Notes: generated from the sequence alone by a model not told the origin. DNA of 64,000 nucleotides from a virus (IMGVR_UViG_3300027819_000011:4706-68705), one strand, 5' to 3'. Counted from the first letter of the stretch, positions 17,456 through 27,019 are shown. Translations and numbers: made by a program.

Positions 17456-17734
17456 ATGGAGACGAAATACACAAAAACACCGTGGAGTTGTAAAACGACT
17501 CCGGGTAGTGACCACACATTATGCACAGTTTTTAGTGTCCCTGCTGGCAAGGGGGTTGCGCGGCATGTTGTACCGGAAGATGCTGCCTTCATCGTCCGCA
17601 CCTGCAATAGCCACGAGGCGCTTTTGGAGGCGTGTAAAATAGCCCTGGACAAAATGGAGGACTACGCCCCTAAAATGTGGGGGGAAGAAATCGCCCGGAT
17701 AAAGGCCGCCATTGCGGCAGAAGGAGGTGAATGA
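17456..17734 (+). CDS. Early hypothetical protein
   Basis: GGAGG RBS; 'YTKTPW...EDAAFIVRTCNSHEALLEACK' is a common phage motif. Confidence 0.7.
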   Translation: METKYTKTPWSCKTTPGSDHTLCTVFSVPAGKGVARHVVPEDAAFIVRTCNSHEALLEACKIALDKMEDYAPKMWGEEIARIKAAIAAEGGE

Positions 17735-18027
17735 TGGAAGTGAAATATACGACAGACGGGAAATCACGGCATGAAACGATAATGAACGGCGGGACCACCC
17801 GCGTAAGAGACGATGCAATAAAGCTGGAGGATCTCAAGCGGCTATACGAGGAGCGCGGCAACGTGATAGCGGGCCTCATGGAGTCGCCCTTGCTTGACCT
17901 GGCGACTTGTGCCATGCTGATAGAGCAAGCGCCCAACAGCGACGCCCTGGATGAGCTACGCGGCCATATCCTGCTGGCTTGCGACGATATCAAGGCGTTA
18001 AGGGCTATATTAGAGGTGAAAGCATGA
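17731..18027 (+). CDS. Early hypothetical protein
   Basis: GGAGGT RBS; 4-nt overlap with the upstream gene. Confidence 0.6.
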   Translation: MMEVKYTTDGKSRHETIMNGGTTRVRDDAIKLEDLKRLYEERGNVIAGLMESPLLDLATCAMLIEQAPNSDALDELRGHILLACDDIKALRAILEVKA

Positions 18028-18209
18028 CAGAAACAACAAGGAGGTTAATTGTATCCAGCAAGTCGGATATCATAATCCTGAAAGCCTGCGCGGCGTTACC
18101 GGGAATTAGCGCAGGTTTTAAAAAGCAGATATGGCTTCGCATCGACCTGGCCATTGATGCAGTTGGAGCGGCAGAACGAGAGGAGGCCACCCATGCGGAC
18201 CCCAAATAA
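18024..18209 (+). CDS. Early hypothetical protein
   Basis: ATG 18024 after GAGGT, overlapping the upstream stop codon. Confidence 0.5.
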   Translation: MTETTRRLIVSSKSDIIILKACAALPGISAGFKKQIWLRIDLAIDAVGAAEREEATHADPK

Positions 18210-18354
18210 CCCCACGATCCGAAAGATAGTCCGGCACGAAAACCGGATAGCGGCAAGGGAGGTCATCAGGCTGCTGGTAGTTTTGGCGGCCTGCACGATT
18301 ATCATTTATTTGGTTTAACGGCCTTAAGGCCATAACGAAGGGAGGAAGGAGATT

Positions 18355-18756
18355 ATGACAACAGAAGCAGCAGAAAGACTTTATCAGGCGCAACACTTGT
18401 TTGAGATGCAGGGGAAGCGGATAGTTATCCACAATCCTCAGAACAAACCCATAGATGAGCTGCCCGTAATTTATGGGTTTAATAACGGCGGCTCATCTGG
18501 ATGGTACAGCGCCGTCTTGATGGCGGAAGATGGGACTTGTCTGGGAGATCACGCCTGCTCAGCAGAGTGCTATATGCCTTATGATCTCGGGATCCTGGAA
18601 GGTACACGCCCAGATAGACACGAAACTTTCCGGGAACATTACCCGGACGGCTACCAGATGGAGTTCGTTTCTTTTGAGGCGGCTAAAACACACGAGAAAC
18701 TTCAAGCGGCCTTTAAGCTGAACGAAGCTCAGGCAAAAGCGGCAGAAGCCCCCTAA
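18355..18756 (+). CDS. Conserved early phage protein
   Basis: 'LPVIYGFNNGG...AVLMAEDGTCLGDHACS...MPYDLG' recurrent motif; GGAGG RBS. Confidence 0.75.
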   Translation: MTTEAAERLYQAQHLFEMQGKRIVIHNPQNKPIDELPVIYGFNNGGSSGWYSAVLMAEDGTCLGDHACSAECYMPYDLGILEGTRPDRHETFREHYPDGYQMEFVSFEAAKTHEKLQAAFKLNEAQAKAAEAP

Positions 18757-18787
18757 CCTCCCCCTGACGGGAGAAAGGAGAAGTGAG

Positions 18788-18961
18788 ATGGGAATAAAAT
18801 GCACTTGCGGCAGGTTTGTAGAACCAACAAAAACGGCTATAGATTCCGGTGTTTGTGGCTATTGCTCAGGACAGGCCAAAAAAGAAACACCCGAATGTTT
18901 CGACGGATCACCATGCACCCGGCCTGACAATAACTGCAATAAATGCGAATGGATGAACTAA
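18788..18961 (+). CDS. Cys-rich 57-aa protein (not in track)
   Basis: MGIKCTCGRF...VCGYCSG...ECFDGSPCTRPDNNCNKCEWMN, AAGGAG RBS. Confidence 0.5.
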   Translation: MGIKCTCGRFVEPTKTAIDSGVCGYCSGQAKKETPECFDGSPCTRPDNNCNKCEWMN

Positions 18962-18985
18962 CCCGTAGCAGCTCCTAAGCGGACA

Positions 18986-19017
18986 GAGCGGGGGAGTAAA
19001 TAACTGCTCCCTCGCTC
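18986..19017. terminator. 13-bp hairpin at the convergence of plus-strand early and minus-strand middle genes
   Basis: GAGCGGGGGAGTA-aataac-TGCTCCCTCGCTC. Confidence 0.65.
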
Positions 19018-19031
19018 CTTCCCTCCCATCA

Positions 19032-19268
19032 TCATATCCCGGTATCCGGCGGCACTGGTTCGAGATTATCCTCAAAATACTTCCTTGCAACATACCACCG
19101 ATCTTCATGATTCTTCGGGTTACGGGCTATCATGCCCATGTCTGTAGGGGGATCGTCGGTAGCTGATACACTAACCCCGGTCAAGTCCTCCCCCAGAACA
19201 TAGGGCCTCATTTCCGAAAGTCCCTTCCTGCGATATTTTTTAAAATCTTCCATATTCCCTCCCATCAT
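19032..19268 (-). CDS. Conserved hypothetical phage protein
   Basis: 'KKYRRKGLSEMRPYV...GMIARNPKNHEDRWYVARKYFEDN' recurrent motif. Confidence 0.7.
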   Translation of the reverse strand: MMGGNMEDFKKYRRKGLSEMRPYVLGEDLTGVSVSATDDPPTDMGMIARNPKNHEDRWYVARKYFEDNLEPVPPDTGI

Positions 19269-19272
19269 CTGG

Positions 19273-19638
19273 TTAAAGCTCGCACCTATCGAGCATACTC
19301 CTAAGCACTTGTGCCGTTTCCTCTAAGACATGGATTGAAGTTTCTATATGCGCGGCCACCGGGACAAGCTGCTCCGGCCTCTCTGCTTTTTTCGCTGCCT
19401 GCTCTGCCTGCGGGACAGGTTCCCTTAAAACTCCCATAAAACGGGCGGCTGCCTGCCTTGCCAAGTCACCAATCACTTGTGATAAATCATGCAGTTGAGC
19501 CAGCTTGCTTTCCACCATGCCCCCCGGCGCGGCCTCTTGAACTAACGGCGGTTTCGGGCATTTTCCGCTATATCCGTGAAATAAAAACATTTCCTCGCCT
19601 TCTGGCATTGGTTCACCGCATAGACTGCATTTTGTCAT
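19273..19638 (-). CDS. Hypothetical protein with N-terminal Zn finger and coiled coil
   Basis: 'MTKCSLCG...HGYSGKCP'; GGAGG RBS. Confidence 0.6.
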   Translation of the reverse strand: MTKCSLCGEPMPEGEEMFLFHGYSGKCPKPPLVQEAAPGGMVESKLAQLHDLSQVIGDLARQAAARFMGVLREPVPQAEQAAKKAERPEQLVPVAAHIETSIHVLEETAQVLRSMLDRCEL

Positions 19639-19674
19639 ACTTCCTTCCTCCTGTTGTGCCTCTCGGCTTAAAAG

Positions 19675-20529
19675 TTAAAGACCTGCTGCCTGTTGTTTCA
19701 TTTTTCTGCCTACTAACGCCGGATGAATCCATTTGTTTTGAAAATGTACCCATCCATCTTTTGCCTGGCGGTGCATTTCTTTATCGTAAAGCATGGCTTC
19801 AGGCATGATGTGTAAAGATATTACCTGCTTAAGCCGCCTCTCGGCATCTTCCATTGTGTCTTTTGGGTAGCCAACAAGAACATACGCCCGGCATGTATGG
19901 CCTACTCCCGGCCCTACAAGGCGGTGCTTCTGTAATATCGTGGCGGCGTTTACAAGCGGCTCCCAGTCAGATGGTTCGTCATAAGCAAAAGCATAGGTTT
20001 GGGGCCTTAGACGTTTTAGCCATTCTGCGTGCCATTCTGTAAACTTAGCGGCCTCAAGACCGCCCGTAAACATGGCCCCGTAAAACATTGCTTTTGTCCT
20101 TTGCTTTTCCAGCATTTTAAAAACAGCTTCTTGGTGTTCTTTAGAACAAGCTAACAGGTTATTATCTAAGACGTTATATCCTTCTTTTACTTCCAGTTCT
20201 CTTATCGCCCGTCCCTCCCTGCGCCATGCGTCACAAAACCAGCAATTATTAGGGCACCCGCGTGAAGTAATTACATAGCCTTTCTTGAGGTATAATCCGG
20301 GGATGAACTCGCCGCCTATATCATCATAAGCGGGGCCGCCAATCCGTGTAGACGCGACGGCTTTCCATTGCTCAGCCAACCACTCAGCCCGTGGCTTATC
20401 TTCCTTAAACGTAACCGATACATGCACTTCGTCGGCTTCGTCAAAGAAATACGGCGTACAGTTTATGCGGACATTTTCATCGTCGGGAGTGGCTTTGGTT
20501 TTTCTTGGAAAAACTCTAATAATCTTCAT
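19675..20529 (-). CDS. Phage radical SAM protein
   Basis: 'ITSRGCPNNCWFC' CxxxCxxC, 'VLDNNLLA', 'AYVLVGYP'. Confidence 0.85.
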   Translation of the reverse strand: MKIIRVFPRKTKATPDDENVRINCTPYFFDEADEVHVSVTFKEDKPRAEWLAEQWKAVASTRIGGPAYDDIGGEFIPGLYLKKGYVITSRGCPNNCWFCDAWRREGRAIRELEVKEGYNVLDNNLLACSKEHQEAVFKMLEKQRTKAMFYGAMFTGGLEAAKFTEWHAEWLKRLRPQTYAFAYDEPSDWEPLVNAATILQKHRLVGPGVGHTCRAYVLVGYPKDTMEDAERRLKQVISLHIMPEAMLYDKEMHRQAKDGWVHFQNKWIHPALVGRKMKQQAAGL

Positions 20530-20544
20530 GCTATCCCCTCATGC

Positions 20545-20721
20545 TCAAACCGCATACGACCTCTCATTGCTCTCAGCGCAATTCTCACACAGCCTGTTAA
20601 ACCGGCCAGTTGATAGAAACGCCTTCCCGCACTTGAGGCACTTCCTGACCAGCTCGAAGGGCTCCTTGACCTTCCCCTTGGTCTGGGGGTCGGGAGGGTT
20701 GCGGTTGCGTCTGGCTACCAT
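20545..20721 (-). CDS. Small Zn-finger protein, 58 aa (not in track)
   Basis: 'RKCLKCGKAFLSTGRFNRLCENC'; GAGGT RBS. Confidence 0.6.
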   Translation of the reverse strand: MVARRNRNPPDPQTKGKVKEPFELVRKCLKCGKAFLSTGRFNRLCENCAESNERSYAV

Positions 20722-21041
20722 TCCGTGATTACCTCAATGTTATCATACCCCATCATCGATAATTTATCGGCAATATACCGCCGTAAATCCGAAGCGTCTG
20801 GGGATGCCTCCTCGATATAGACCCGGTGCGTCTCATTCCCATCTTGGTCTTGGGCATGTTCGGCCATAATGCAGCTCAGGTCTGCCCAATTTACGGCGCC
20901 GTCAATCAAGCTCCGGTCCTTAATTGCCATTTCACAGGCTTTGTTGGCTGCTGCTTTTAACTCTTTAAGATCGTACACGTTTCCTCCTTCCTCTTCCTCC
21001 CCTTCTGCCACCCTCCCCGCCATCAAACCTGCCAATCCCAC
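20715..21041 (-). CDS. Hypothetical protein
   Basis: Acidic ORF in the co-oriented block; the true start is probably downstream of the track start. Confidence 0.55.
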   Translation of the reverse strand: MGLAGLMAGRVAEGEEEEGGNVYDLKELKAAANKACEMAIKDRSLIDGAVNWADLSCIMAEHAQDQDGNETHRVYIEEASPDASDLRRYIADKLSMMGYDNIEVITEW

Positions 21042-21232
21042 CTGATCTTGCTTTTCCGCCGGAAAGCATCGTCAATGGTCCTTGGTTCTCGTCCCTGCAA
21101 CCTTGCAAGATCGTGTTCCATTTCAATCCACCTGACCCGCCACCTAAGCACTTCTCTGCTTTTCCATAGCATCCCCACGCCAAAAAAGCCGATAGCTGCC
21201 AAAATCACTACCAAAATCATCATTGCTTCCAT
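21023..21232 (-). CDS. Small membrane-anchored protein
   Basis: Hydrophobic N-terminus; GGAGG RBS. Confidence 0.55.
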   Translation of the reverse strand: MEAMMILVVILAAIGFFGVGMLWKSREVLRWRVRWIEMEHDLARLQGREPRTIDDAFRRKSKIRWDWQV

Positions 21233-21492
21233 GATTTCCTCCTTTTCCCCTTAGTCCACCCTCCCCGCCAAGTCTCAGCGGTAGGGCCACCTCTACATTC
21301 TTTGACATAATTCGCCGGCATGAAGTATCTCCTACAGCCGTACACATGGCAAAGCTCCCGCACGTAGGACCTCGACAGGCCCAGGCACACGGCCATAAAC
21401 CTCATCGAATAGCCTAACTTTGCGTAGCCTATGAAGATTTCTCGCAGGCTTTCGTCGTGATCGGCCTTGATTTTGGATAGCAGGGGGGTCAT
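21220..21492 (-). CDS. HTH-containing protein
   Basis: 'LGYSMRFMAVCLGLSRSYVRELC' helix-turn-helix pattern. Confidence 0.55.
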   Translation of the reverse strand: MTPLLSKIKADHDESLREIFIGYAKLGYSMRFMAVCLGLSRSYVRELCHVYGCRRYFMPANYVKECRGGPTAETWRGGWTKGKRRKSWKQ

Positions 21493-21504
21493 GGGTGCTC
21501 CTCT

Positions 21505-21723
21505 CTAACAGTGAATGACTACGGTTCTCTTAGCCAATCCATTGTAACATTCCCGCCCTCCCTCGTCGATGTAATCCGGGCATTTTATCTCCCCTTTATC
21601 CAGCAAAAAAACACCGGTTGGCCAACCAGCGACCTCCCATTCCGAATTATCATGCGCAGACACCCCTACCTGTAACCCTTGGGGCATCTTTTTCAGCAAA
21701 GAAATTAGTTTCCTAACTGTCAT
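21505..21723 (-). CDS. Hypothetical protein
   Basis: 'MTVRKLISLLKKMPQGLQV' is a common phage N-terminus. Confidence 0.6.
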   Translation of the reverse strand: MTVRKLISLLKKMPQGLQVGVSAHDNSEWEVAGWPTGVFLLDKGEIKCPDYIDEGGRECYNGLAKRTVVIHC

Positions 21724-21886
21724 GGCTTTACCCTCGTGCAGCGGGAGGGAACGCTATCGCAGCGTTGCCATTCCGTACACCACTTCCCCGCATGACCGGC
21801 TAACCAAACGAATACCCGTTCATGGGGATCTTTATGCTCACACTTTACTTTGCAATCTGCCTTACTACAAACCACCTTTTTCTCGG

Positions 21887-22069
21887 TCATTTGGCTTCCC
21901 CATTCTTCAACTCAACCAGTGTATTGACTACCCGGATGAGTTCGTTGAGCTTGTCTTTTATGGGATCGGAAGGATATTCCATCCATGCCATTAGTAATTC
22001 CGGCAATTCCTCCACCTTCTCCAATCCCTCGCAAACCGGCTTACCGCTTATCAATTCACTTGTTGGCAT
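21887..22069 (-). CDS. Hypothetical protein
   Basis: AAGGAG RBS, 60 aa. Confidence 0.5.
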   Translation of the reverse strand: MPTSELISGKPVCEGLEKVEELPELLMAWMEYPSDPIKDKLNELIRVVNTLVELKNGEAK

Positions 22070-22081
22070 TTTGTTCTCCTT

Positions 22082-22342
22082 TCAGAAAAACGGTTTTTCT
22101 TCCCACTTCCCCGCCTTGATAAACTCTATTGTGGCTTGGAGGGTCTTTATGGCCTCCTCGGGACTGTTGCCCAGTTCAACGGACACCGGGAGCCGCTTTG
22201 TCTTATCCTTCCCGATTTCCAGCTCACCCCACTTCTGATAAACCTTGTCCTTGTACTCCCTGGCAGCTATTAGGCTGATCTTGCCCCTGTAGTTGCTGAT
22301 CTCGAATCCGCTTTGATACTTACTGTCTGTTTCGATGAACAT
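22082..22342 (-). CDS. Hypothetical protein (possible ssDNA-binding beta protein)
   Basis: 86 aa ending in an acidic/aromatic tail (WEEKPFF); upstream of the primase-helicase block; weak inference. Confidence 0.45.
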   Translation of the reverse strand: MFIETDSKYQSGFEISNYRGKISLIAAREYKDKVYQKWGELEIGKDKTKRLPVSVELGNSPEEAIKTLQATIEFIKAGKWEEKPFF

Positions 22343-22554
22343 TTACCCCTCCTTTTTCCCTGTGTATCTCCTGATAAACACCTCTTTGTCAAAATAACAT
22401 TCTGCCCCGGCATATGCCGCCCTGATTACAAAAACAGCATACGATATGAAAAACGTAGGTATGCCAAACACGATGAACATTGGAACGTCAATCCAGTAGT
22501 GTACTTTTTTCATTTCTCCTCCCTTCCCCTCTGTTTTTGCCATTCCGGGTCGAG

Positions 22555-22929
22555 CTATTTCCTTGACAACCCCTTACACCGGTTGATTATTTCCTCTATG
22601 GTTTCAAGAGGATTGCTGTCATTGACGATGATAGATTGTTTCGTTTCTTTTACGGCCTGTGTAAGATAGGTCGTCCCTTTGTGCTGGCTTATAGATAAAA
22701 CTGTAATTGCCTCACAGTGTTCGCACCAGAAGTAAACCTTAAGCCCGTCCCGGCGACTGCTCGGATTCCCAGAAAGGTTCCTGTCGGTCTTTACTTGCCG
22801 ATAAGTTACCGTAACGTGCAGGCCGTCCACGGCATCTTCTCCCCGGTCAAATATCTCTATCCGGTCATGGTGTAAATTCGGCTCACCGCACCCTGAACAC
22901 TTTAATTCTTCTTCCATTTTATCCTCCAT
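22555..22929 (-). CDS. Zn-binding hypothetical protein
   Basis: 'LKCSGCG...NLHH...NPSSRRDGLKVYFWCEHC' recurrent phage motif. Confidence 0.65.
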   Translation of the reverse strand: MEDKMEEELKCSGCGEPNLHHDRIEIFDRGEDAVDGLHVTVTYRQVKTDRNLSGNPSSRRDGLKVYFWCEHCEAITVLSISQHKGTTYLTQAVKETKQSIIVNDSNPLETIEEIINRCKGLSRK

Positions 22930-24595
22930 CTGAAAAAGTCTTGGTCGCCTCGTTAAAGGTCATATTGACACTTCCCTCTATCCCAAATTCCCGGTTCTTT
23001 TTAATGAATAGCTTCATGTCTGCTGGAAATAATACCTTTTTTGCCTTTAATGCCTCTTTCTTCTTTTCGCTTACCCGAAACAAAACAATCACGTTATGGC
23101 AAAGGTCTGTAATATGCGACGATCCCTTAACATCAACCTTCCCGGTTTCATCGTCATCTGATTCGGTTTTCCGGGGATGGGCTACAAGGTGAATATGGCT
23201 ATCGAATTTCTGAACAAAGCCGCAAAGCCTGGATACGAAATCCTGTTGCTGTCGGTATTCGTCTGAGTCTTTAAATTTCACTTTCATAAGGCTGTCGACG
23301 ATAAAGTGCTTTACCCCGTACCTTCGGGCAGCATATTCAAAATCATTCAACAACTTTTCCGGGTCTATAATCGCGGTAACATTGAGGATGTATACCTTTT
23401 CCGACATCCATTTTAGAGTGCTTTGTATCTTGTCGGGGGAAGGTGCGTTATTTTGCTGGTATTGAATTATGGCCCACCGTAAATATCTTTCAGGCGGCAT
23501 TTCTCCTGAATAAATACAAGAGGCTATGCTATGCTTTGCCAGCTCGATGAAAACCTGGTTTAAAATCGTTGACTTGCCAGACCCGTTACGGCCGGACCAT
23601 ACTGTTACTTCCCCAGGGCGCCACCCCTTTAGAATCGCGTTCAGTTCTTCCCAGGGAGTAGGAATGCCAAATAAGCCAGTTCCTTGCTTGAATAAGTTTT
23701 GCACCCTCTCGTGGAAAAACATGGGCGCAACAAGCGTTTCAGGGCTAAAATCGGCAGCCTTGGCAAAACATTCCTGAACCGTTCCCTTTGGCACCGCTTT
23801 AGTCAGACATTCATTCGCATCTTTGTAGGGGAAAATAACATTTTGGCATCGCCATTCACCTAACCTGACGGCTAAATCACGGGCTCCTTTTTGTCCTGCG
23901 GCATCATTGTCAAAGCACAGGTAAATCAATGAAAATGTTTCCAGATATTCCCATTCCGTATCGACCCATCCCATCCCTTGCGCTCCGTTTGGCACCGAAG
24001 TGGCGTCAATTCCGTATTGGTAAAGAGCAGCGGCATCATATTCACCCTCGCATATTGTCAGCTTATCGTCATAAATATTGTCTCGGTTAAACAGAATTGC
24101 CTCTGCGTCCTTTTCGACCCGCATTTTCTTCTTGTCAGTAATAGAGCGATATTTCACATTAATTAGCTCGCCGTTGCGATAATACGGAATCATAACGGTA
24201 TCGTCGTTCTCTGCCCCAAACCTAAAATGTTCAATGGTTTCACTATTAAAGCCCCTACGTTTTAAATACTCAACTATTTTGTCCGTAGGACTTTTTACAA
24301 TCGTCTTCGGTTTCACGTAGGTCTTTTCTTTTCTGTTGATGAAAGTGTCTTTCTTATGTAAATATATCGGCTTATCCCCAAGATGAACCTGAAACTCGGA
24401 AAAGTTTCCCGTCCTCCCGCAATGATTTAACCGGAGACAATTCCAGCTACCGTCGATCAAGCTTATACCGAATTTTTTTTCTTTGTCGTCGCAAAACACA
24501 CAGTTGAATATTGCCGTATCCCCCCGGCGCTTGTATTGGATTCCTTTGTTGTGGAGGTATTCAGTTACAGTCATTGCTTTACCCTTACGCCCCAT
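22919..24595 (-). CDS. Primase-helicase (T7 gp4/Twinkle-like)
   Basis: Zn finger CVFC...CLRLNHC; TOPRIM 'ICEGEYDA', 'CFDNDAAG', 'KDANECL'; SF4 helicase 'WSGRNGSGKST', 'IVDSL', 'HLVAHPRK', 'DVKGSSHITD', 'KNREFG'. Confidence 0.93.
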   Translation of the reverse strand: MGRKGKAMTVTEYLHNKGIQYKRRGDTAIFNCVFCDDKEKKFGISLIDGSWNCLRLNHCGRTGNFSEFQVHLGDKPIYLHKKDTFINRKEKTYVKPKTIVKSPTDKIVEYLKRRGFNSETIEHFRFGAENDDTVMIPYYRNGELINVKYRSITDKKKMRVEKDAEAILFNRDNIYDDKLTICEGEYDAAALYQYGIDATSVPNGAQGMGWVDTEWEYLETFSLIYLCFDNDAAGQKGARDLAVRLGEWRCQNVIFPYKDANECLTKAVPKGTVQECFAKAADFSPETLVAPMFFHERVQNLFKQGTGLFGIPTPWEELNAILKGWRPGEVTVWSGRNGSGKSTILNQVFIELAKHSIASCIYSGEMPPERYLRWAIIQYQQNNAPSPDKIQSTLKWMSEKVYILNVTAIIDPEKLLNDFEYAARRYGVKHFIVDSLMKVKFKDSDEYRQQQDFVSRLCGFVQKFDSHIHLVAHPRKTESDDDETGKVDVKGSSHITDLCHNVIVLFRVSEKKKEALKAKKVLFPADMKLFIKKNREFGIEGSVNMTFNEATKTFSDGG

Positions 24596-25233
24596 TCTGC
24601 ATCAACGGTTGCCTGCGGATTTTCTGCTATGGCTCGTTGTACCGGCCACCCCAAAAGGGTGTGATAATGGGAGTTATATTTTTTTCCTTTTGACATGACA
24701 TACTGATCGAGAATTTCTATCGCCTTTTGTACGGTCGCTTCCCCGTATCGTTCGATGAGTTTGTCAAATTCGTTTTTGGTCAGCATAATAGCGTCGCCAT
24801 ATCTTTCCTTTCCCTTCCCTTCCTTTCCCTTCCCTTCCATGATACTATCTATACGCGCGAGGTCCGGTGTTTCACCGTCTTTTAACGGTTGAATAACGGA
24901 TAAATCACCGTTACATGGCGGAATTTCTGATTCCTTCTCGGTGTGATGTACCCGTTGATGCTTTTCAAACGTTGAAACCTGAATAAATTTAACGCCTTTC
25001 ACAGAGTAGCGCACAATAAAGCCGTTTTTTGCTAAAACATCCAATTCCCCATTGACATCGTATTTTTCATAGGGAAGCACCTGGACCTTGATTTTCTGGG
25101 GTTTGTCTTCCAGCCTTCCGGCCTTGTCTGCGAGGCACCAAAGACCGATAAAAAGAAGGCGGGTAAGGGGATGAAGTTGTGCCAGTTGATCGTTAAGGAA
25201 AAACTCTGGTTTAATAGTGCGTATCCGGGCCAT
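24571..25233 (-). CDS. Replication initiator / replisome organiser
   Basis: 'MARIRTIKPEFF...RLLFIGLWCLADKAGRL' N-terminus typical of phage replisome organisers; overlaps the primase-helicase start. Confidence 0.8.
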   Translation of the reverse strand: MARIRTIKPEFFLNDQLAQLHPLTRLLFIGLWCLADKAGRLEDKPQKIKVQVLPYEKYDVNGELDVLAKNGFIVRYSVKGVKFIQVSTFEKHQRVHHTEKESEIPPCNGDLSVIQPLKDGETPDLARIDSIMEGKGKEGKGKERYGDAIMLTKNEFDKLIERYGEATVQKAIEILDQYVMSKGKKYNSHYHTLLGWPVQRAIAENPQATVDAEWGVRVKQ

Positions 25234-25251
25234 GATTACCCCTCATAAACA

Positions 25252-25328
25252 CCCAAGAAAAGACCCCATATTGTCGATAGGCGGGAGCGGAACATCCTAC
25301 CTAAGCAGATACGGGGCCTTTCTTGGGC
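25252..25328 (-). promoter_or_regulatory. Long 20-bp RNA stem in the leader of the replication initiator
   Basis: Minus strand CCCAAGAAAAGGCCCCGTAT ... ATATGGGGTCTTTTCTTGGG; the two mismatches are G-U wobbles only on the minus strand; ends just before the RBS. Confidence 0.6.
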
Positions 25329-25385
25329 TATTAAATTGTGATTGATTGTCCGTCATGGAGTTCCGCTCCCTTTCTTGCCTACACC

Positions 25386-25589
25386 CTACGCCCCAATTTT
25401 CCCGGTGTCAAGGGGAATTATGCCTTTCTCAATAGCCTCTGCCAGTCCTTCTTGCCACGCTTCAATTGCGTCGTTGGTCGGTGGCGGGTTATTCCAATAC
25501 TTCTTCTGGCAAACCTGGCACTTACACATGGCGCCGCCGAAGACCCCCGGCGGGGCTTTCTGGTTTATGTGCATAGTATTTAAGTACAT
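25386..25589 (-). CDS. Hypothetical protein
   Basis: 67 aa with a CxCxxC motif. Confidence 0.45.
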   Translation of the reverse strand: MYLNTMHINQKAPPGVFGGAMCKCQVCQKKYWNNPPPTNDAIEAWQEGLAEAIEKGIIPLDTGKIGA

Positions 25590-25725
25590 TTCTTGTCCTT
25601 ATCCTCCCCCAATTCCCAAAAATGCTCATCAACGATCTTGACATATTCCGGCGGCATGTCTTGCTGGTTATCCCGCAGCCAGTCGGCAAAGTCCTCAAGA
25701 GATTGCCAGCCGTTTTCATCCATCG

Positions 25726-26109
25726 CTATCCTCCCGCGATAATTCGCGGCACACTCACCGCTATCCCTCTTAAAATCTCAATCGCCCCCGTCCGCGCCCA
25801 CACCTTTGTAGCTCGCACGTCCCATATATGGCTATCGTTTACATGGAAAGCATCAAGTAACGCCTTAAGTAAATTATCGACATCGGGCTTTGATAGGTGC
25901 GGCGTGCCGATCATCCTCATCATTTTCCTACCGCTCCACGAGCCCGGCATTGGGAGGTAGAAGATAACGTGGTCGCCGGGGTCAACAACGGCCCTGGCCG
26001 CCCTGCACTCGTCACAAAACGCACGGTACTGCATGACGCAGGGGCGCTGCTTCCATCGATCGGATTTCGTCATCCTTGGTTCTGGGGTTGGGGTTATTTT
26101 GTAGATCAT
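25726..26109 (-). CDS. rusA: RusA-like Holliday junction resolvase
   Basis: 'PEPRMT', 'HLSKPDVDNLLKALLDAF...DSHIWD'; probable start ATG 26109. Confidence 0.85.
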   Translation of the reverse strand: MIYKITPTPEPRMTKSDRWKQRPCVMQYRAFCDECRAARAVVDPGDHVIFYLPMPGSWSGRKMMRMIGTPHLSKPDVDNLLKALLDAFHVNDSHIWDVRATKVWARTGAIEILRGIAVSVPRIIAGG

Positions 26110-26831
26110 TATTCCGCCACCTTTATGGCCTGCTCCTTCGCCGCCTCCGCAACGCCCCGCGCCCAGGTGCATCCGTTACACGGTTCGTCGCCTATAGCGT
26201 TACGGATACGGGTGAGGGCGGTCTCCATCTCCATGTTCCGGTCGTGCTGAGCGGCCAGGAGCTTGGCGCCAAGGGCCACCTTTTCGCTCAACTTGTTATG
26301 GTCGTCCACGCAGATTTTACTTGAGGCCATCCAGGACCTTACTTTCATTTCGTCTTCATTTTGCAGGATGACGATTTTATGCTTCAGTTCGGCAATCAAT
26401 TTCCGAGAATCAGGATAGCCGCAAACCCCACAGGCCGATGATTCGGCCCCTGTATGGCCGCAGGGGTTGAAAAGCTTCAGTCTTTCTTCAAGCAATATTT
26501 TTTCTGCCCCCAAGTCATGTATAACCGCCACCGATTCTTTAAAGTTCTTTTTCAGCTCGGCCTTTAGCTCGGCGATCTCCCTCCTTAAGTCATCGGCACG
26601 ATGTTCAAGGCCAGAATACCTATCTTCCCACTGGGCTCCACAATCAGGCGTATGCCCCCATTTATTGTCGGGGTCGCAACATGCCCGGTCTTTATAATAG
26701 GCAATTTCCTTGTCCTTCTCGGCTATGGCGGCAAGGTGGTCAGGCACAGCTAAAAAGCCTCCATTCACACATACCCCCCATTCACGTTTCCCGTTGATCC
26801 ACCGAAAATCAAACGTCTGTATTTCGCTCAT
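26109..26831 (-). CDS. Coiled-coil protein with Cys/His Zn motifs
   Basis: 240 aa with heptad stretches, 'NPCGH...CGVCG' and 'PCNGC'. Confidence 0.6.
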   Translation of the reverse strand: MSEIQTFDFRWINGKREWGVCVNGGFLAVPDHLAAIAEKDKEIAYYKDRACCDPDNKWGHTPDCGAQWEDRYSGLEHRADDLRREIAELKAELKKNFKESVAVIHDLGAEKILLEERLKLFNPCGHTGAESSACGVCGYPDSRKLIAELKHKIVILQNEDEMKVRSWMASSKICVDDHNKLSEKVALGAKLLAAQHDRNMEMETALTRIRNAIGDEPCNGCTWARGVAEAAKEQAIKVAE

Positions 26832-27019
26832 GGCCTAACCTCTCTGTTTTCAATCTCCCGCCATAGCCGTACAGACTCACAGACGAAACCAATCAGCGCG
26901 TTATCAGGATTTGGTTTTTGTTGTTCTTCTTCAAGTAAAAATTTAGCCCTCAGGAGGTATTGGCCGCCTGTTAGTGTCATGTGGTTGCCGGAAACTAAAC
27001 TATCGCATACGTCGCTCAT
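26828..27019 (-). CDS. Hypothetical protein
   Basis: AAGGTG RBS; 4-nt overlap with the next gene. Confidence 0.5.
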   Translation of the reverse strand: MSDVCDSLVSGNHMTLTGGQYLLRAKFLLEEEQQKPNPDNALIGFVCESVRLWREIENREVRP

